Assembly (NCBI GenBank): GCA_016280825.1 | Contig: JAEEHL010000168.1 | Span: forward strand, 1-48,960 | Origin: Verrucomicrobiota bacterium | GTDB lineage: Bacteria > Verrucomicrobiota > Kiritimatiellia > RFP12 > UBA1067 | Reading direction: 5' to 3' | DNA length: 48,960 nt | Shown here: positions 1 through 8,911 of the stretch, piece after piece | How the letters are laid out: each line of letters opens with the position of its first letter | How positions within the stretch are numbered: position 1 is the stretch's first letter | Position numbers and translations under genes: made by a program | The notes under the pieces: generated by a model | What the model saw: only the letters and a program-made list of their open reading frames with translations | Database searches by the model: none | Told to the model about the DNA's origin: nothing

Positions 1-2
1 AC

Positions 3-608
3 GAACGGGCGTTCCGCCACGAATACCTCGGCGAGATTACGGGAACGGGCGCGGAGGTGTTCACCCGCGTACACTGCCGAACGATAACGCAGGAGGAACT
101 TGACGGCATCCAGACGCACAGGCACGGACTGGACTTCGGTTTCGAGAACGACCCCTGTGCGCTCATGTCCGTCGCCTACGACGCGAAGCACAAGACGCTG
201 TACATCTACGGCGAATGGGTGAAGCACGGGCAGTTCGAGGAGGCGATATACGAGGAGATAAAGCGGCGCGGACTCCTCAACAAGATTGTGAACGCGGACT
301 CGGCGGAGCGCAAGGCGATAGAACGCCTGAACACGCTCGGCGCGAGGAAGGTCACGAAGTGCTGGAAGGCTCCCAACTACGTGGAGGACGGACTGCACTG
401 GCTACGCTCGCTCCGCGCAATAATCATCGACCCCGCGAAATGCCCCGTAGCCGTGAAGGAGTGGACGCGCTACGAGTTCAAGCGGACGCGGAGCGGCGAC
501 CTGACGAATCAGTATGTGGACGCGAACAATCACACGATTGACGCGGTGCGCTATGCGCTGGAGAGCGAGATACGCTACGGCGACTCTCTGCACAAATGGG
601 GAATGTAG
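3..608 (+). CDS. terL: terminase large subunit, C-terminal nuclease part; 5' end lies outside the window
   Basis: The frame is open from the window edge (ERAFRHEYLGEITGTG). It has PBSX-type TerL C-terminal motifs DFGFENDPCAL, ADSAE and NNHTIDAVRYALE, and a portal gene lies downstream. Confidence 0.9.
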   Translation, partial: ERAFRHEYLGEITGTGAEVFTRVHCRTITQEELDGIQTHRHGLDFGFENDPCALMSVAYDAKHKTLYIYGEWVKHGQFEEAIYEEIKRRGLLNKIVNADSAERKAIERLNTLGARKVTKCWKAPNYVEDGLHWLRSLRAIIIDPAKCPVAVKEWTRYEFKRTRSGDLTNQYVDANNHTIDAVRYALESEIRYGDSLHKWGM

Positions 609-633
609 CGGCAATACAGGACAGGAGGAAAAC

Positions 634-1257
634 ATGATAAGACGGAAAATCAGGCAGTTGGCGGTGAGGGCGGCGAGGTGGCTATTGAAGCCGCTCCTGC
701 GCAGGGGGATGGCGGTCATGCGCCCGACGGAGGACAGCCGAAGGGCATTGGCGTCGCTCGTCGCGTCGCTCCCGTGCGCGAAGCCGATGACGATGGTGGA
801 AATCGGGTCGTACAGGGGCGAGTCGGCGCAAGAGTTCCTGAACACGGGGCGCATCGCCCGAATATACTGCGTAGACCCGTGGCGAATGTTCTACGACGCG
901 GACGACGGCACTTCGTACACGGACATGGCGCAGGTGGAGCGCGACTTCGACTGGCGGCACGGGGGCGACAGCCGCGTCGTGAAGGTCAAGGGGACGGTAG
1001 ACACCTTCATCAAGAGACATCCCGACGCGCAGGTGGACTTCGCCTACGTGGACGGATGCCACACATACGAGGCCGTCTCGCACGACCTGAAGCAGTTGAT
1101 GGCGCACAGCAGGCCAGCCGTGGCGATAGGCGGACACGACTACAACCTCGACGGCGTGGTAAGGGCTGTCGGCGAAGTTCTCGGCAAGCCCGACGCCGTC
1201 TTTCCCGACAACTCGTGGGTCAAGTTCCTCTTGCGCGGCGGCGCAAATATGATATAA
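634..1257 (+). CDS. class I SAM-dependent methyltransferase (Methyltransf_24-like)
   Basis: SD aggagga precedes ATG 634. Motifs: VEIGSYRGESA (motif I-like), CVDPW, AYVDGCHTYEAV. The longer ORF from 514 overlaps terL and is rejected. Confidence 0.7.
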   Translation: MIRRKIRQLAVRAARWLLKPLLRRGMAVMRPTEDSRRALASLVASLPCAKPMTMVEIGSYRGESAQEFLNTGRIARIYCVDPWRMFYDADDGTSYTDMAQVERDFDWRHGGDSRVVKVKGTVDTFIKRHPDAQVDFAYVDGCHTYEAVSHDLKQLMAHSRPAVAIGGHDYNLDGVVRAVGEVLGKPDAVFPDNSWVKFLLRGGANMI

Positions 1258-1258
1258 T
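1231..1258 (+). promoter_or_regulatory. late-type sigma70-like promoter (TTGCGC-N16-TGaTATAAT)
   Basis: -35 at 1231-1236 and extended -10 TGATATAAT at 1250-1258. The stop codon of the upstream gene lies inside the -10. It shares TGATATAATAC with the 2948 and 13218 sites. Confidence 0.5.
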
Positions 1259-1279
1259 ACGCGGCAAGGAGGACGACGG

Positions 1280-2950
1280 ATGGGAACGATTATCAGCACT
1301 CGGAAGCATCCCTTCTACACGAAGCGGATGCCGCAACTCGACCTGAACAGACTCGCCAACGCGGGAGGGCGCGACTACATCGACGCCCGCCTGTGGCGTG
1401 CCCCGAACGAGACGGACGCGCAGTGGTTCGGCGACAAGGAGGAGGGCATTGTTGGGCGCAAGGAGCGGTCTTGCCTCGTCAACGACGCACAGCGCATAGT
1501 ATCGAAAATACGGCAGTACATTTTCAAGAAGGCGCCCGAGCGCAAGGGCGCGGACGAGGAGTGGACGGCGCAGGCGGGCGGCGAGGGAGTTTCCGTCAAC
1601 GACTTCATGGGCAGGGTGTGCGACGCGCTGACGACGGGTCAGTGGTGTTGGATTCAGGTTGACACGACCTCTCCGAAGTACGACCAGTTCGGCAACCCCC
1701 TTCCGCAGACGCTCGAAAACAAGCCGACCGTATTCTGGCGGCTATGGGAAAGTTGCTCCGTCCCCGATTGGTGCATAGAGGCGGACGGGACGCTCCGCTG
1801 GATAGTGGTGCGGACGCTCGTGTTCAACAATACCGACCCGATGCAGGAGCCGCTTTTATGCCGACTTTCGACTTTGTTCTACCTGAACCCCGCCGACGGC
1901 AAGGTGTACAAGACGGAGGAGGCTGACAAGCCCGTGCCGTTCCCGCTTGCCACGCACGAGGAGGTGAAGGGTCTCGACAGCATACCCTTTATCCTCGTGG
2001 GGAACCCGTCGTCCGAAGGATGGTGGTTCGACGACGTGGAGAACATACAGGCGCAGGTGATGAACTACGACTCCATGCACAACGAGACGCTGACGGACGC
2101 GGTGTACCCGCAGTTGGTCGTCCCGATGGGCTTGTTGAACACGCTCGAAACGAACGTGTCGCTCGACAAGGTGGGGGCGAAGCAACTTATCATCCTCCAG
2201 CGCGAACTAATCAAGGGGCGCAAAAACCCGTTCTACGAGCAGGCGGAGGAGAAGGGCGTCACGCGCTACATCCAGCCCGCGAGCGGCGACCTCGAACTCG
2301 TCACGAAGGAGCAGGAGCGCAAGCGCAAGTTGCTTTTCGATATGTGCGGTCTTGCCCTGTTCAACCGCGAGAGCCGACAGGTTCAGACGGCGGAAAGCAA
2401 GTCGTTCGACCAGTTGGACACGAACGCGACGCTGGGGAACCGCGCCCTGTTGCTCCAGAGGGCGGAGCGGCTTGCGGTGATGCTGTCCGAGTATTTTGAC
2501 CCGTCGTTCAAAAAGTATGACCCCGTGTACAACACGAAGTTCGACGTGGTGGACGTGGAAAAACTCGCCGACGCGATTACGCAAATGTCGCAGTTGCCGC
2601 ACATCACGCCGAAGATGCGCCGCCTGTGCCTGAAGGCGGCGATGCGCATACTCCTCGAAACGGGCGGCGTGGACGAGGACACGTACAACGGCATCATGGC
2701 GGAGATAGACGCGATACCCGACGACAAACTCCAGCCGCAGGTGACGCTCCCGTTTGACGACGACGACGGCACAGGCGACAACGACGCGACGGGCGAGGGC
2801 GGAGACGACGACCTGTCCGATAAGACCGACGACGAACTGCGCGAAATGGCAGAGTCCGACGACACGGAGGAGGCACGGCGGGCGAAGGCTGAAATCAGGC
2901 GGCGCGGCGAGGGGCAAAAAACGCCATTGACACGCGACGCCGCCGTGTGA
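1280..2950 (+). CDS. portal protein (candidate)
   Basis: 556 aa, located after terL and before the scaffold and capsid genes. The C-terminal tail is acidic (DDDDGTGDNDATGEGGDDDLSDKTDDE). The call rests on synteny and size only. Confidence 0.7.
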   Translation: MGTIISTRKHPFYTKRMPQLDLNRLANAGGRDYIDARLWRAPNETDAQWFGDKEEGIVGRKERSCLVNDAQRIVSKIRQYIFKKAPERKGADEEWTAQAGGEGVSVNDFMGRVCDALTTGQWCWIQVDTTSPKYDQFGNPLPQTLENKPTVFWRLWESCSVPDWCIEADGTLRWIVVRTLVFNNTDPMQEPLLCRLSTLFYLNPADGKVYKTEEADKPVPFPLATHEEVKGLDSIPFILVGNPSSEGWWFDDVENIQAQVMNYDSMHNETLTDAVYPQLVVPMGLLNTLETNVSLDKVGAKQLIILQRELIKGRKNPFYEQAEEKGVTRYIQPASGDLELVTKEQERKRKLLFDMCGLALFNRESRQVQTAESKSFDQLDTNATLGNRALLLQRAERLAVMLSEYFDPSFKKYDPVYNTKFDVVDVEKLADAITQMSQLPHITPKMRRLCLKAAMRILLETGGVDEDTYNGIMAEIDAIPDDKLQPQVTLPFDDDDGTGDNDATGEGGDDDLSDKTDDELREMAESDDTEEARRAKAEIRRRGEGQKTPLTRDAAV

Positions 2951-2956
2951 TATAAT
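2927..2956 (+). promoter_or_regulatory. late-type promoter TTGACA-N18-TGaTATAAT
   Basis: Consensus -35 at 2927-2932 and -10 at 2951-2956. The portal stop TGA (2948-2950) forms the extended -10 TG. Confidence 0.6.
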
Positions 2957-3054
2957 ACCGACATCTTCGAGGAACACTCCCCCTCGCAAATGCGGAGCGA
3001 CAACCTGCGCGAAAGCGCACCGACACGGCGGAAACCGCGAAGGGTAAACAAGAC

Positions 3055-3753
3055 ATGAACATCAAGGAACTACTCGCAAAGTTGCTGAAGGGCGAAACTC
3101 TCACCGCCGAGGAAAAGGCGTTTGTTGAGCAGTACGACCCGCAGAAGGAAATCGACACGGCATCTGCCGCCGCCCGCCGCAAGGCGGAGAAGGAGGCGAA
3201 GGAGGCTCTGTCGAAACTGGAAGCGCAGAACGCCACTGTCAAGGAACTTTCCGAGAAACTGGAAGCGGCGGAGAAGGCGGCAAACGACGCGAAGGGCGGA
3301 AGCACGGCGGAAATCGCCAAGATGCAGAAGCAGATAGCGAGGTTGGAGGCTGTCAACGCGGCTAACGAGCAGAAGTTGAAGGCGAACGCCCGCATGGACG
3401 CAATCCGTGCGGCTGTGAAGGCGGCTGGCATATCCGCCGCGCAGGGCATCAGCCCCGACGCGCTGGAACGCCTGATTGACCTGTCGGTTGGCGACACGGA
3501 CGTGTCCGACGCCGACGCCATGAAAGCGGTACTCGACCAGTTCAAGGCGGACAACCCGTCGATGATTGCCGCCGCCGTGAAGGGCGGTAGCGGCGTCAAG
3601 GGCGACCCGAACACCTCGAAGTTCACTGGAATTGCGAACCCGTGGAAGGCGGACAGTTTCAATCTCACCAAGCAGATTGAGATAATGAACGCCGAACCGA
3701 ACACCGCGAAGACGATGATGGCGGAGGCTGGGGTGGCTCCCGCCGAGTCGTAA
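3055..3753 (+). CDS. scaffolding protein (candidate)
   Basis: 232 aa, Ala/Lys/Glu-rich with a coiled-coil-like sequence, immediately upstream of the major capsid gene. Confidence 0.65.
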   Translation: MNIKELLAKLLKGETLTAEEKAFVEQYDPQKEIDTASAAARRKAEKEAKEALSKLEAQNATVKELSEKLEAAEKAANDAKGGSTAEIAKMQKQIARLEAVNAANEQKLKANARMDAIRAAVKAAGISAAQGISPDALERLIDLSVGDTDVSDADAMKAVLDQFKADNPSMIAAAVKGGSGVKGDPNTSKFTGIANPWKADSFNLTKQIEIMNAEPNTAKTMMAEAGVAPAES

Positions 3754-3781
3754 AACGCTCCAAACGAAAGAGGAACACAAA

Positions 3782-4807
3782 ATGGCATTCACCAATCTTT
3801 CAAACATCGTGTCGAATACCGCGTTCACGCAGTATTTCGCCAAGGCTGTCCTCGACCGCTCCAAACTGTTCAAGTCGGGCATCGCGGTCGCCGACCCGTT
3901 TATCCAGCAGAAGTGCAACGAGGCTGGATTTGGCGGGAATTTCGTCAACCTCCCGTTCTTCAACGCGATTACGACTGGCTCGAATCGCGGAGAACAGCGT
4001 CTCGACGAGTCCGACCTCCAGCCGCAGAACATCACGGCTGGGCAGGACATCGCTCCCATCATCCGCCGTGGCAAGGCGTTCGGCTCGAACGACATCGCGG
4101 CTGACGTGGCTGGTGCTGACCCCATCAAGGTCATCGCCGACCAGTTGGCGGACTACTGGAACGTCCGCAACGAGGCGCGTCTCATGGCCGTCCTGAAGGG
4201 CGTTTTCGCTCGCAACGTGGCGCACGACTCCAGCGACCTCGTTCTCGACATTTCGAGCGAGGAAGGCGACGCCGCGCTTCTCACGAAGGACACGCTCCTG
4301 CTCGCCGCGCAGTTGCTGGGCGACCGCAAGACGGAACTCACCGCCATCGCCATGAACAGCATGGTGGAGACGTACCTCGCGGCTCTCGACACGAACGCGG
4401 GTCTGTATCGCGCCTCCGACGCGGCGGCGACGCTCCCGAAGTACAACGGGCGCGACATCATCGTGGACGATAACTGCCTCTACGACAGTGCCACGAAGAA
4501 GGTGGAGGTCTACCTGTTCGGGCGCGGCGCGGTTGCGTACTGCGACTGCCCCGTCAAGGTTCCGTTCGAGGTCGGGCGCAACGCGCTCACCGCTGGCGGT
4601 CAGGACTTCCTCGTGTCCCGCATCGGCAACATCTGCCACGTGCGCGGCTACAAGTGGGCGGTCACCGACGCGAACCCCGACAACGTCAAGACTGGCACGG
4701 CTGGAAATACCGGCTACATCGCTGGTCTGGAGGACGCGGGCAACTGGGACAGGGTGTACGACAAGAAGGACATCCGCGTCGTCAAACTCGTCGCCAAACT
4801 CGCCTGA
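3782..4807 (+). CDS. major capsid protein (candidate)
   Basis: 341 aa after the scaffold gene, with strong SD (aaagaggaa) and a strong hairpin directly downstream. The call rests on position and size. Confidence 0.75.
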   Translation: MAFTNLSNIVSNTAFTQYFAKAVLDRSKLFKSGIAVADPFIQQKCNEAGFGGNFVNLPFFNAITTGSNRGEQRLDESDLQPQNITAGQDIAPIIRRGKAFGSNDIAADVAGADPIKVIADQLADYWNVRNEARLMAVLKGVFARNVAHDSSDLVLDISSEEGDAALLTKDTLLLAAQLLGDRKTELTAIAMNSMVETYLAALDTNAGLYRASDAAATLPKYNGRDIIVDDNCLYDSATKKVEVYLFGRGAVAYCDCPVKVPFEVGRNALTAGGQDFLVSRIGNICHVRGYKWAVTDANPDNVKTGTAGNTGYIAGLEDAGNWDRVYDKKDIRVVKLVAKLA

Positions 4808-4833
4808 TGGCGTAGCGGCTAAAACCGAAGACA

Positions 4834-4867
4834 GGGGGGCGGGGATTGTCCCCGCTCCCCTTCTTGC
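4834..4867 (+). terminator. hairpin/attenuator after the capsid gene
   Basis: ggggggcgggga-ttg-tccccgctcccc forms a 12-bp stem with one mismatch, followed by ttcttgc. The U-tract is weak. Confidence 0.5.
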
Positions 4868-4888
4868 TAAAACGAAAGGGGCAAAACG

Positions 4889-5500
4889 ATGAAACGCTTT
4901 CTTCTGGCTCTGGCTGTCGCCCTCGTTGGCACAGCCCTGTTCGCGGACTTCGCGGACATAAACTCCGAACTCCAGCGCAGGGCGATACTTGCGGAGTGCG
5001 CTCGCGCTCCGAAGGTCGGCGCGATGGCGAAGGCGCACTGCGTCGGTCTTGCCGACGTTGCAGGCGTGACAAACAGGGTGTACACGGGCGGGGCAATAAC
5101 ATTCGACCCCGTCGTGAAACTCGCTGGCACGACTCTCACGAAGTCCACGCACTACACGCAGACCTTCACGAACAACACGAACGTCGGCAAGGCGTCGGTG
5201 AAAGTCGCGGCGACTGGCGCGGGGGGCTACTTCGGCAGTGTCACGAAGTCGTTTGTGATTACGCCGTACCCGCTGTCCGTGTCGATGGTGAGCAACATCG
5301 CCAATCAGGTCTACACGGGCAGTCCCGTCACGCCGATGCCGTCCGTCGTGTTCAACGGCTCGTTGCTCTCCACCAACACGGACTACTCCGTCAGTTGGGA
5401 GGACAACGTGGCGACGAACACCCACGCGAAGTGCGTCATCACGGGCAAGGGGAACTTCGGCGGCGTCGCCGTCAAGGAGTTCACGATTCAGGAGCAGTAG
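4889..5500 (+). CDS. Ig-like repeat protein with an N-terminal signal peptide (possible head decoration)
   Basis: N-terminus MKRFLLALAVALVGTALFA. Two ~60-aa repeats begin VYTGGAITFDP and VYTGSPVTPMP and end GKASVKV and KCVITGKGNF, which looks like a bacterial Ig/MBG-type fold. Confidence 0.6.
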   Translation: MKRFLLALAVALVGTALFADFADINSELQRRAILAECARAPKVGAMAKAHCVGLADVAGVTNRVYTGGAITFDPVVKLAGTTLTKSTHYTQTFTNNTNVGKASVKVAATGAGGYFGSVTKSFVITPYPLSVSMVSNIANQVYTGSPVTPMPSVVFNGSLLSTNTDYSVSWEDNVATNTHAKCVITGKGNFGGVAVKEFTIQEQ

Positions 5501-5502
5501 CC

Positions 5503-5985
5503 ATGCAGACGACAGTTCTTATCCAGAAGGCAATCAGGCGACAGTCCGCGAAGAAGCGGCTTCCGTCGCCGATTGCGCAGTTCAAGACCTTCCTGAACAG
5601 GGGCGCGAAGCCTTCGCCTGAAAGCAAGGCGGAGCCTCCGCCCCCGCCTCCGCCCGAAGAGGAGGGGAAGGGCGAAACGCTCCCTCCGCCTGAAAACGAG
5701 GGCGGCGAGGGCATCGACTGGGAAGGCGGCGAGCCTTCAGGCAAAGCGCAGGGCGAAACGGCTGGCGAGCCATCGGGCGAACCCGCCGACGCTGGTGCGT
5801 CGCAGGACGCTCCCGACGCCCCCGCTGGCGAGGCGTCGCAGGACGCTCCAGAACCGACGCAGGGCGCGTCCGAGGACGGGGCGGGTGAAACCCTACCCCC
5901 AGAGCCTGAAACGCCGCAGGGCGTAGCAAAGGACGCTCCTGCGAAGAGTGGCAAGGCAAAGGGCGCGAAGAGGCGCGGAAAGTGA
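5503..5985 (+). CDS. Pro/Glu/Gly-rich low-complexity protein
   Basis: ATG lies 2 nt after the upstream stop. The sequence has a PPPPPPPEEEGKGETLPPPENEGGEG-type acidic region and a basic C-terminus KSGKAKGAKRRGK. Confidence 0.5.
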   Translation: MQTTVLIQKAIRRQSAKKRLPSPIAQFKTFLNRGAKPSPESKAEPPPPPPPEEEGKGETLPPPENEGGEGIDWEGGEPSGKAQGETAGEPSGEPADAGASQDAPDAPAGEASQDAPEPTQGASEDGAGETLPPEPETPQGVAKDAPAKSGKAKGAKRRGK

Positions 5986-5993
5986 GGTAGGTC

Positions 5994-6122
5994 ATGGCTA
6001 CGAAGGCTGAACTTCAGGCAGTAGCGGCTTCTGCGAAGAAGGCGCGTACCGACGGCATGGCGGCTTCACTTGCGAAGGTCGCCGAGAACACCGAAAAGGA
6101 GGAGGCTGGAAATGAGGCTTGA
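5994..6122 (+). CDS. small hypothetical protein (42 aa)
   Basis: ATG follows SD gtgaggtagg. GC3-rich codons. Too short to appear in the ORF track. Confidence 0.35.
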   Translation: MATKAELQAVAASAKKARTDGMAASLAKVAENTEKEEAGNEA

Positions 6123-6246
6123 CCTGATACACGCCGTCAACACGGGCAAGATGAAGCCCGAGGAGGCGGAGGCGCAGGATAAGGGCGCGAAAGCACCGAA
6201 ACCCGCCGCCAAGGCGCCTGAAGCCGCCGCGCCCAAAGGGAAGTGA
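6112..6246 (+). CDS. small hypothetical protein (44 aa), Lys/Ala/Pro-rich
   Basis: ATG follows ggaggaggctggaa and overlaps the previous small ORF by 11 nt. Confidence 0.3.
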   Translation: MRLDLIHAVNTGKMKPEEAEAQDKGAKAPKPAAKAPEAAAPKGK

Positions 6247-6259
6247 CGGGAGGCTCGCC

Positions 6260-6646
6260 GTGATAAACGTAGCGAACGCGAACGCCTACTTTGCGGGGCG
6301 GACTATCGGGAAGTTCTGGGCGGAATACTCTGGCGAGCAGAAGGAGGCGGCGATTGCGCAGGCTCGCCGCGACCTCGCCCGTGCGGTAGGACGCCCGATG
6401 CGCGACGACGAGCCGCCCTACGCGGAGGGCGACAAGAAGCGCGACGAGTACGCGGTCTACGAGCAGGCGGCGTACACGCTCCTCCGCGATGTGAATCCCG
6501 AAGGCACGGGGGAGGCGTTGCCGTCGCTAAACGGCGACGAGACAAGGCAAAAGAACTCGACCCTTGCAGTCGGGGGGAGCAAGTGGAGCATAGAGGCTCT
6601 GTCGTGGCTGTGCGACAAACTCTCGCTCGTCACGCGGCTCTCGTGA
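6260..6646 (+). CDS. head-tail connector/adaptor (gp6-like) candidate
   Basis: GTG start after gggagg. 128 aa. The N-terminus ANANAYFAGR..W...S.EQKEAAIAQARRDL resembles head-tail adaptor families, and the position fits. Confidence 0.5.
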   Translation: MINVANANAYFAGRTIGKFWAEYSGEQKEAAIAQARRDLARAVGRPMRDDEPPYAEGDKKRDEYAVYEQAAYTLLRDVNPEGTGEALPSLNGDETRQKNSTLAVGGSKWSIEALSWLCDKLSLVTRLS

Positions 6647-6664
6647 CGCACGGAGGGACGGACG

Positions 6665-7927
6665 ATGCCGCCCGAACTACGGAAGTTATTGGCAACCGCC
6701 GACGCCCTCGCCGCAAAAGCGAAGGGCGCGGTTCTTTCCGCGACCCGCGATATTCGCAAGGAGATACTGTTCCTTGCTGGGGAGTTGAACGTCGCGGGGA
6801 GCGCGGAGGCGCGTGAGTCAATCTTCGCGCAGGTGACGAAGCGGTTTGCGAAACTCGGCAAACGCCTCTCCGCCCTGTTCACGTACATGGACGAGACGGC
6901 GGTCAGGCGCGGCGGGCGGGCGGCTTCCGAAAGCACTGGTCTGGAGGTGAAGATTAGCCCCGCACACGCGAAGGCGGTTATCGCCGCAGTCACGAAAGGC
7001 GGCTCGGCGCGGCTTGCGGCTACGATGACGCGCTCAATGAACGACAACATCGTTTCCGCGCTCCGCAACGCGACTGTCTCGGCTTTCCGCGAGCAGGCGG
7101 TGGACGGGCTTACCAACGACGAAATGGCGAAGGTGCTTCTACAGAAGTGGCAAGCCGCCGCCAAAGACCCCGCAAACGTCCAGTTCGTTGACAGGAGCGG
7201 GCGCGTATGGGACACCGAAACGTACATCAACATGAACGTCCGCACCAACGCGATGAACGTCTACAACGACGTTCTTGTGGAAAGCATAGGCAAGGCAACG
7301 GGTTCCGACCTCGTGATGGTGTCGAGCGATGGCGACGCGGACTGCCGCCTGTGCTTCCCGTGGGAGGGGCGCATACTTTCAATCACGGGCAAGACAAGGG
7401 AGTTTCCGACATACGAGGAGGCGAAGGCGGCGGGGCTATTCCACCCGAACTGCGTACACACGCTGGAACCCGTGGACGAGGAACTGGACGCGGACGAAGT
7501 GGAATTACAGCGGAACTTCCCGCCGCCCGCCGACATGACGCCGAGCGCGATGGACGAGCAGAGGTATGAAATCGACATAAACCGCAAAATGATGAACGAG
7601 GGGCTTTCGCTGAAGGAGGCGAAGGTCGCCGTAGACCGCGACAATCTGGCGAACGCCATGCGCGAGGGGCTTGCGAGCGGCAAGGCGGACGAGGTTGTGG
7701 CGAAACTCACGGACGAGCAGGTGAACGCGCTGTGCCCCAACGGAAACCCGCCGAGGTTCGCGCCAGCGAAGGACAATGCGGGCGGCGAGGAGTGGAACAG
7801 GGGGAGCAACGGCGGCGTCCTCTACATCGACAGGAAGGAACTCACCGCCGAAAGGCTCGTGAAGGTGTCGGGCGTCGAGGAGGGCAAGCCCGTCAGGAAA
7901 CCCGACATAAAGGTCGTGCGGTCATGA
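6665..7927 (+). CDS. phage head morphogenesis protein, SPP1 gp7 / Mu F family, with a C-terminal extension
   Basis: Family signature CRLCFPWEGRILSI....FPTYEEAKAAGLFHPNCVHTLEPV, followed by ~150 further residues. Confidence 0.8.
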   Translation: MPPELRKLLATADALAAKAKGAVLSATRDIRKEILFLAGELNVAGSAEARESIFAQVTKRFAKLGKRLSALFTYMDETAVRRGGRAASESTGLEVKISPAHAKAVIAAVTKGGSARLAATMTRSMNDNIVSALRNATVSAFREQAVDGLTNDEMAKVLLQKWQAAAKDPANVQFVDRSGRVWDTETYINMNVRTNAMNVYNDVLVESIGKATGSDLVMVSSDGDADCRLCFPWEGRILSITGKTREFPTYEEAKAAGLFHPNCVHTLEPVDEELDADEVELQRNFPPPADMTPSAMDEQRYEIDINRKMMNEGLSLKEAKVAVDRDNLANAMREGLASGKADEVVAKLTDEQVNALCPNGNPPRFAPAKDNAGGEEWNRGSNGGVLYIDRKELTAERLVKVSGVEEGKPVRKPDIKVVRS

Positions 7928-8397
7928 AGGGCGGGGCGTCGGTAAACTTCAACCTCGAACGAATCGGGGACAATACGCGGAAGCACCTGCTGGTCGCGCT
8001 TGAGCGCATAGGTCTACACGCGATGAGGGAGTCGAAGCGGAACGCGCCGCGCTCCCCGACGATGCGGCAGACCTCGGCGACGCTTATACGCAAGCGCAGG
8101 ACGAAGCGCAAGTCCACCGCAGGGGGGCTGGAGAAGTCGATTGCGCATGAGGTGCGGAGGGCGGGGCTGGACGTAGAGGCGCGTGTATTCGTGCCGCGCA
8201 ACTCCGCCGCAGGCGCATACGCGGCGTACATACACGACTTGAAGGGCGTCCGCTGGTTCAAGCGGGGCATCGGCACTGTGCGCAAGGGCGCGAGGGCGGA
8301 CGAGAAATTCGTCGAAAGGGCGATAAAGGACAATTCCGCCGCATACGGGCGGGCGATACAGGGCGCGGTCGAATCCGCGCTGAAGGAGGGCGAATGA
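7924..8397 (+). CDS. HK97 gp10-like head-tail joining protein (candidate)
   Basis: ATGA overlap with the upstream stop. 157 aa. The ...AMRESKRNAPRSPT... pattern and the position support the call. Confidence 0.5.
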   Translation: MKGGASVNFNLERIGDNTRKHLLVALERIGLHAMRESKRNAPRSPTMRQTSATLIRKRRTKRKSTAGGLEKSIAHEVRRAGLDVEARVFVPRNSAAGAYAAYIHDLKGVRWFKRGIGTVRKGARADEKFVERAIKDNSAAYGRAIQGAVESALKEGE

Positions 8398-8873
8398 TAA
8401 GCGACAGGTTCGAGAAAGCAATGACGAAGGCGGAGCGCGACTGCTTCGACAAGGCTTGCGAAATACTCGGCGTCCGCGAGGGTGTGTCGGCGTTCCTTTC
8501 GGTAAACGGCGGTGCGACCGACTGCATAGTGTTCGACATCGGCTATCCAGAGTCGGGCGAGGTGATGGGCTTCCCCTCGGAGTGCTTTCACTGGCGCGGT
8601 CAGATGGACTTGTACAGCCGCTCCAGACGGCTGTTGCAGGTGTGGCTGATGCGGCTCGTGGCGGCTATGCCGATAGGGACTGTGCAGGCGACGGAGGAGC
8701 GTATGCCCGAAGGGTCGAACGTCCAGTGCTTCCGCATCATGCCGATTACCAACGGAATAACGCCGATAGTGACGACCTCCCTGAAGTACGGGGCGGGCGA
8801 CAAGGGAATTGAGGTCTTTACAAGTACAGTGAATTTTGATATAGTATTCTCTGCTGGAAGCCGAGAAGGTTGA
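8394..8873 (+). CDS. hypothetical neck/tail completion protein
   Basis: ATGA coupling. 159 aa, located between the head-tail joining and major tail genes. Confidence 0.55.
   Translation: MISDRFEKAMTKAERDCFDKACEILGVREGVSAFLSVNGGATDCIVFDIGYPESGEVMGFPSECFHWRGQMDLYSRSRRLLQVWLMRLVAAMPIGTVQATEERMPEGSNVQCFRIMPITNGITPIVTTSLKYGAGDKGIEVFTSTVNFDIVFSAGSREG
8817..8845 (+). promoter_or_regulatory. promoter TTTACA-N17-TGaTATAGT upstream of the major tail gene
   Basis: -35 at 8817-8822 and extended -10 at 8837-8845, inside the 3' end of the preceding CDS. Confidence 0.5.
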
Positions 8874-8911
8874 ACAGCGCAACACGCAACAACAGGAAAG
8901 GAGCGGAAAAC

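Noticed and set aside
514-633. N-terminal extension of the methyltransferase ORF
   Set aside because: It overlaps the terL 3' end in another frame. ATG 634 has a proper SD.
3800-5425. 541-aa minus-strand ORF, plus similar long minus ORFs at 12725..13732, 15183..16460, 15980..17308, 21603..22823, 36033..36935, 37619..38989 and 42710..43990
   Set aside because: All lie antisense to better + strand genes that have SDs, coupling and recognisable motifs. Their composition is Arg/Ala/Val-rich and they lack start contexts.
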